Shown one piece after another: positions 62,583 to 64,000 of a DNA stretch of 64,000 nt; the first letter of the stretch is position 1; every line of letters begins with the position of its first letter. The position numbers were made by a program, and so were the translations under genes. Source of the DNA: Amoebidium appalachense (Eukaryota > Protista > Ichthyosporea); assembly GCA_963693365.1 (NCBI GenBank), contig CAVNZM010000002.1, positions 16,215,615 through 16,279,614 of the forward strand, written 5' to 3'. A model generated the notes under the pieces. It was not told the origin of the DNA, searched no databases, and saw only the letters and a program-made list of their open reading frames with translations.

Positions 62583-63569
62583 TCCTCCCCCCCCCCCCCC
62601 CCGCCGCCCCCTCCTCCCCTCCCCCCCCCCCCCCCCCCGGGAGCCCCCAAAGTGCCTGTGAATGCCTAGATAGGCCAGGCTTCACTCCGCATGCCTTGGC
62701 CATCTTCATTTTGTGTCAGCACGCAATCATTTGGTGCTCAGGAATACCTATTGGGGTGGTATGAATCTAATTGTGTATGCAAGCAAGTGTGTGGCACGGG
62801 GAGGTTTGCGATAGATGGATGAAAATGTACGGCGAAGAAATGCCCAATCAGGCATGAGATGTGACCATGGGTGTAAATTCTATGTTTATGCACACTTCAA
62901 TGACGTGAACTTAGGAATTTAAGGGAACATACCACAGGCTGGCCTGGTGGCGGGGCTTTGGACTTCTTCTTTTGAGGCAGGTCGGCTGTCAAAGGTTTTC
63001 AACCCTCGTGTTAGCTGAGCCTGATACACGGCCCAAAATCTGGACTCTGGTGGTGCCTTTAATAAACCGACCACTAAAGCTTCCTCTGATATCGTCTTCC
63101 ACAGTTCTTACTCTTTGGCTCCGTGACAACGACACATGATATGAAGAGAGCTCGTTCACTCTCCCTTATCGCTGCCAATGGTCCTTATGCAATTGGGCGA
63201 ATAGTGATTGCGCCGGAGGGATGAAAAAAGCTATCAGTCTAAAAATTCAACATAGAGGGCATGGATTGGGATCGGCGACCACAGGGGAGAACTTGAAAAC
63301 ATCGACGGGCAAGCAAACTCGTTTGGGCAGCCAAAACAAAAAGGAGAAAAAAAAAACAAGAAAAAAAAACTGGGGAGTTCCGGGAATTGAACCCGGGACC
63401 TCTCGTACCCTAAACGAGAATCATACCACTAGACCAAACTCCCTTGATGATGCAAACACTTATGCAAGTATAACTACGTTCATCATTCTATCAGTCCTAC
63501 TCAATTAGTGCCTTTGGTCCTGTAAAGCACAGCCTATCCGTCAGGGAAAGGGGTAGAGGGGATTACGGA

Positions 63570-63623
<54 letters not shown>

Positions 63624-64000
63624 CCCCCCCCCCCCCCCCCCCCCCCCGTCACCGAAAACCATTTCCCTCCTTCCTTGTGCACCACTCACAGGTGTACCAT
63701 GTGCCACCCTGTGCACGCGTGCACGTGTGCCTGGAAAGGAGCAGGTAGGCCTCCCCTAATAATCAGAAGACTTTTTGTCTCCTTTACTTCCCCCCTACTT
63801 CCCCCCCCCCCCCCACCCCCACCCCACCCTACCTTCCCGGCCCCCGGCCAGCTTCTTCTCCTTTATCCTCCATCGATTTGCGCAGATTGTGCAGTAAACC
63901 CGAAGACAAAGACACCCACACTGGCAAAAGGGGGAAGAGAGAAGAAGTTTCATGAAAACAGGGGGGTGGGGGGTGGGGGGTGGTTACCATCATCTCCACT
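59450..64000 (-). CDS. Inhibitor of growth (ING4/ING5-like) PHD-finger protein, 3' part; 5' end lies outside the window
   Basis: Exons 62985-62933, 62489-62469, 62369-62301, 61160-61122, 60472-60371 and probable last exon ~59473-59450 give [55 protein letters not shown]. Confidence 0.92.
61216..61427 (+). mobile_element. Structured SINE-like repeat, near full-length copy, in an ING intron
   Basis: Homologous to 37014-37259 and 42385-42490; followed by poly-C and then an A-tract. Confidence 0.65.
61819..61890 (+). tRNA. tRNA-Pro (AGG)
   Basis: GGGAGTTTGGTCTAGTGGTATGATTCTCGTTTAGGGTACGAGAGGTCCCGGGTTCAATTCCCGGAACTCCCC: full cloverleaf, A and B boxes, TTTT terminator just downstream. Confidence 0.97.
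63372..63443 (-). tRNA. tRNA-Pro (AGG), identical inverted copy
   Basis: Exact reverse complement of 61819-61890, followed by a T9 terminator on the minus strand. Confidence 0.97.

Overview
Intron-rich eukaryotic DNA (ING4/5, NUP50 and TMEM256 homologues suggest an opisthokont-like organism; not provable here), with very dense poly-G/poly-C tracts and (CA)n/(GA)n microsatellites. Most listed ORFs are repeat artefacts. I assembled six genes by hand using GT-AG boundaries and codon phase: (1) a Q-rich protein with a SAND/TDBD-like domain (-); (2) a KH-domain RNA-binding protein (+); (3) a gene of about 25 exons that joins, in frame, a dynamin-like GTPase, a hydrophobic hairpin, MORN-like repeats and a DysF domain (-), the main finding; (4) TMEM256 (-); (5) an intronless NUP50/Nup2 with a homopolymer frameshift (+); (6) the 3' part of an ING4/5-like gene (-) whose introns hold two identical, inverted tRNA-Pro(AGG) genes. 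Also present: two TTAA-flanked MITEs, a dispersed structured SINE-like family, and a recurring intron pattern (poly-C after donors, (CA)n before acceptors). All of this is manual reading; no searches were run.
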